Positions 63,420 through 64,000 of a stretch of DNA of 64,000 nucleotides are shown one piece after another. Below the pieces are notes generated by a model, which saw only the letters and a program-made list of their open reading frames with translations, was not told where the DNA came from and made no database searches. This stretch comes from Balanoglossus misakiensis (taxonomy: Eukaryota; Animalia; Hemichordata). Numbering within the stretch: the stretch's first letter is position 1; the number at the start of each line of letters is the position of its first letter. The stretch lies in NCBI GenBank assembly GCA_040954595.2, contig CM082581.2:5386699-5450698 (forward strand), given 5' to 3'. A program made the position numbers and the translations under genes.

Positions 63420-64000
63420 TTATCAAAAAAGCAGACCTTCCTCAGGGCAAGCGAATTTTGAACTGCAGATCATGTAATATCAAATCTACTCGACAGTCAG
63501 ATGTCTAGACAGTAGCAGCAGCTGTTCTGAACCCTTTTAAATGAGTTTCCCCTTCGCACAGTTTCCGTGATTGACCACCGCCGGCCTCGCAAGATATAAT
63601 CGTGGCTTCCCAATTCCACGCAACGGCCACCACCACTGTGGCAATCGCGAGTGTAACCAACGGCGTATACATCTGTGGCACGGAGCCTTCGTGTTTGGAG
63701 ACTTGAGCTGGGGCCTGTGTAATATCGAGAAGTGGGCCGAAAGACATTTTTCGAGATATTTTCGACAATTATAATACTACACGTTCTTCCAAATCTTAAG
63801 TTAATTGAAGTCTCCCTAAATACGAATTTTTTGACTAACGTGAACTTCCAATATTTCCACATTGGACGTCAGAGGGCGCGGTCGTCGCTTGAGATGCGAA
63901 GGGTTTGGTAAAATCTATCTGTCACGGCGTCATGTAGTTGCAATGGAGGTTGCCAACAGTTATTACAATATGTCAACCCGACTGGACATATACTAGTAAT

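Overview
AT-rich, intron-rich eukaryotic (animal) genomic DNA; an invertebrate source is likely but is only inferred. Three protein-coding loci were reconstructed by hand from GT-AG splice sites and protein motifs. (1) An almost complete + strand Cys-loop / nicotinic acetylcholine receptor (nAChR) subunit gene, with six coding exons at 4208-14961 and an uncertain signal-peptide exon. It is alpha9/alpha10-like in the membrane region and keeps the aromatic-box residues, but lacks the loop-C vicinal cysteines and the -1' glutamate of the cation filter. (2) A - strand tandem C2H2 zinc-finger gene (12 intact fingers, 31928-32977) with a decayed 13th finger and an apparent 1-nt frameshift relative to its candidate upstream exon. 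(3) The 5' part of a second, diverged + strand nAChR paralog (signal exon 50328-50385, then 140/45/110-nt exons), which runs off the window end. The rest is intron or intergenic DNA with microsatellites, small inverted-repeat elements and a strong excess of TACATGTA/TACTAGTA palindromes. One tandem duplication differs by TA versus TACATGTA, which matches a Tc1/mariner-type excision footprint. Nearly all other short ORFs in the track look spurious. No rRNA, tRNA, CRISPR or intact transposase was recognised.
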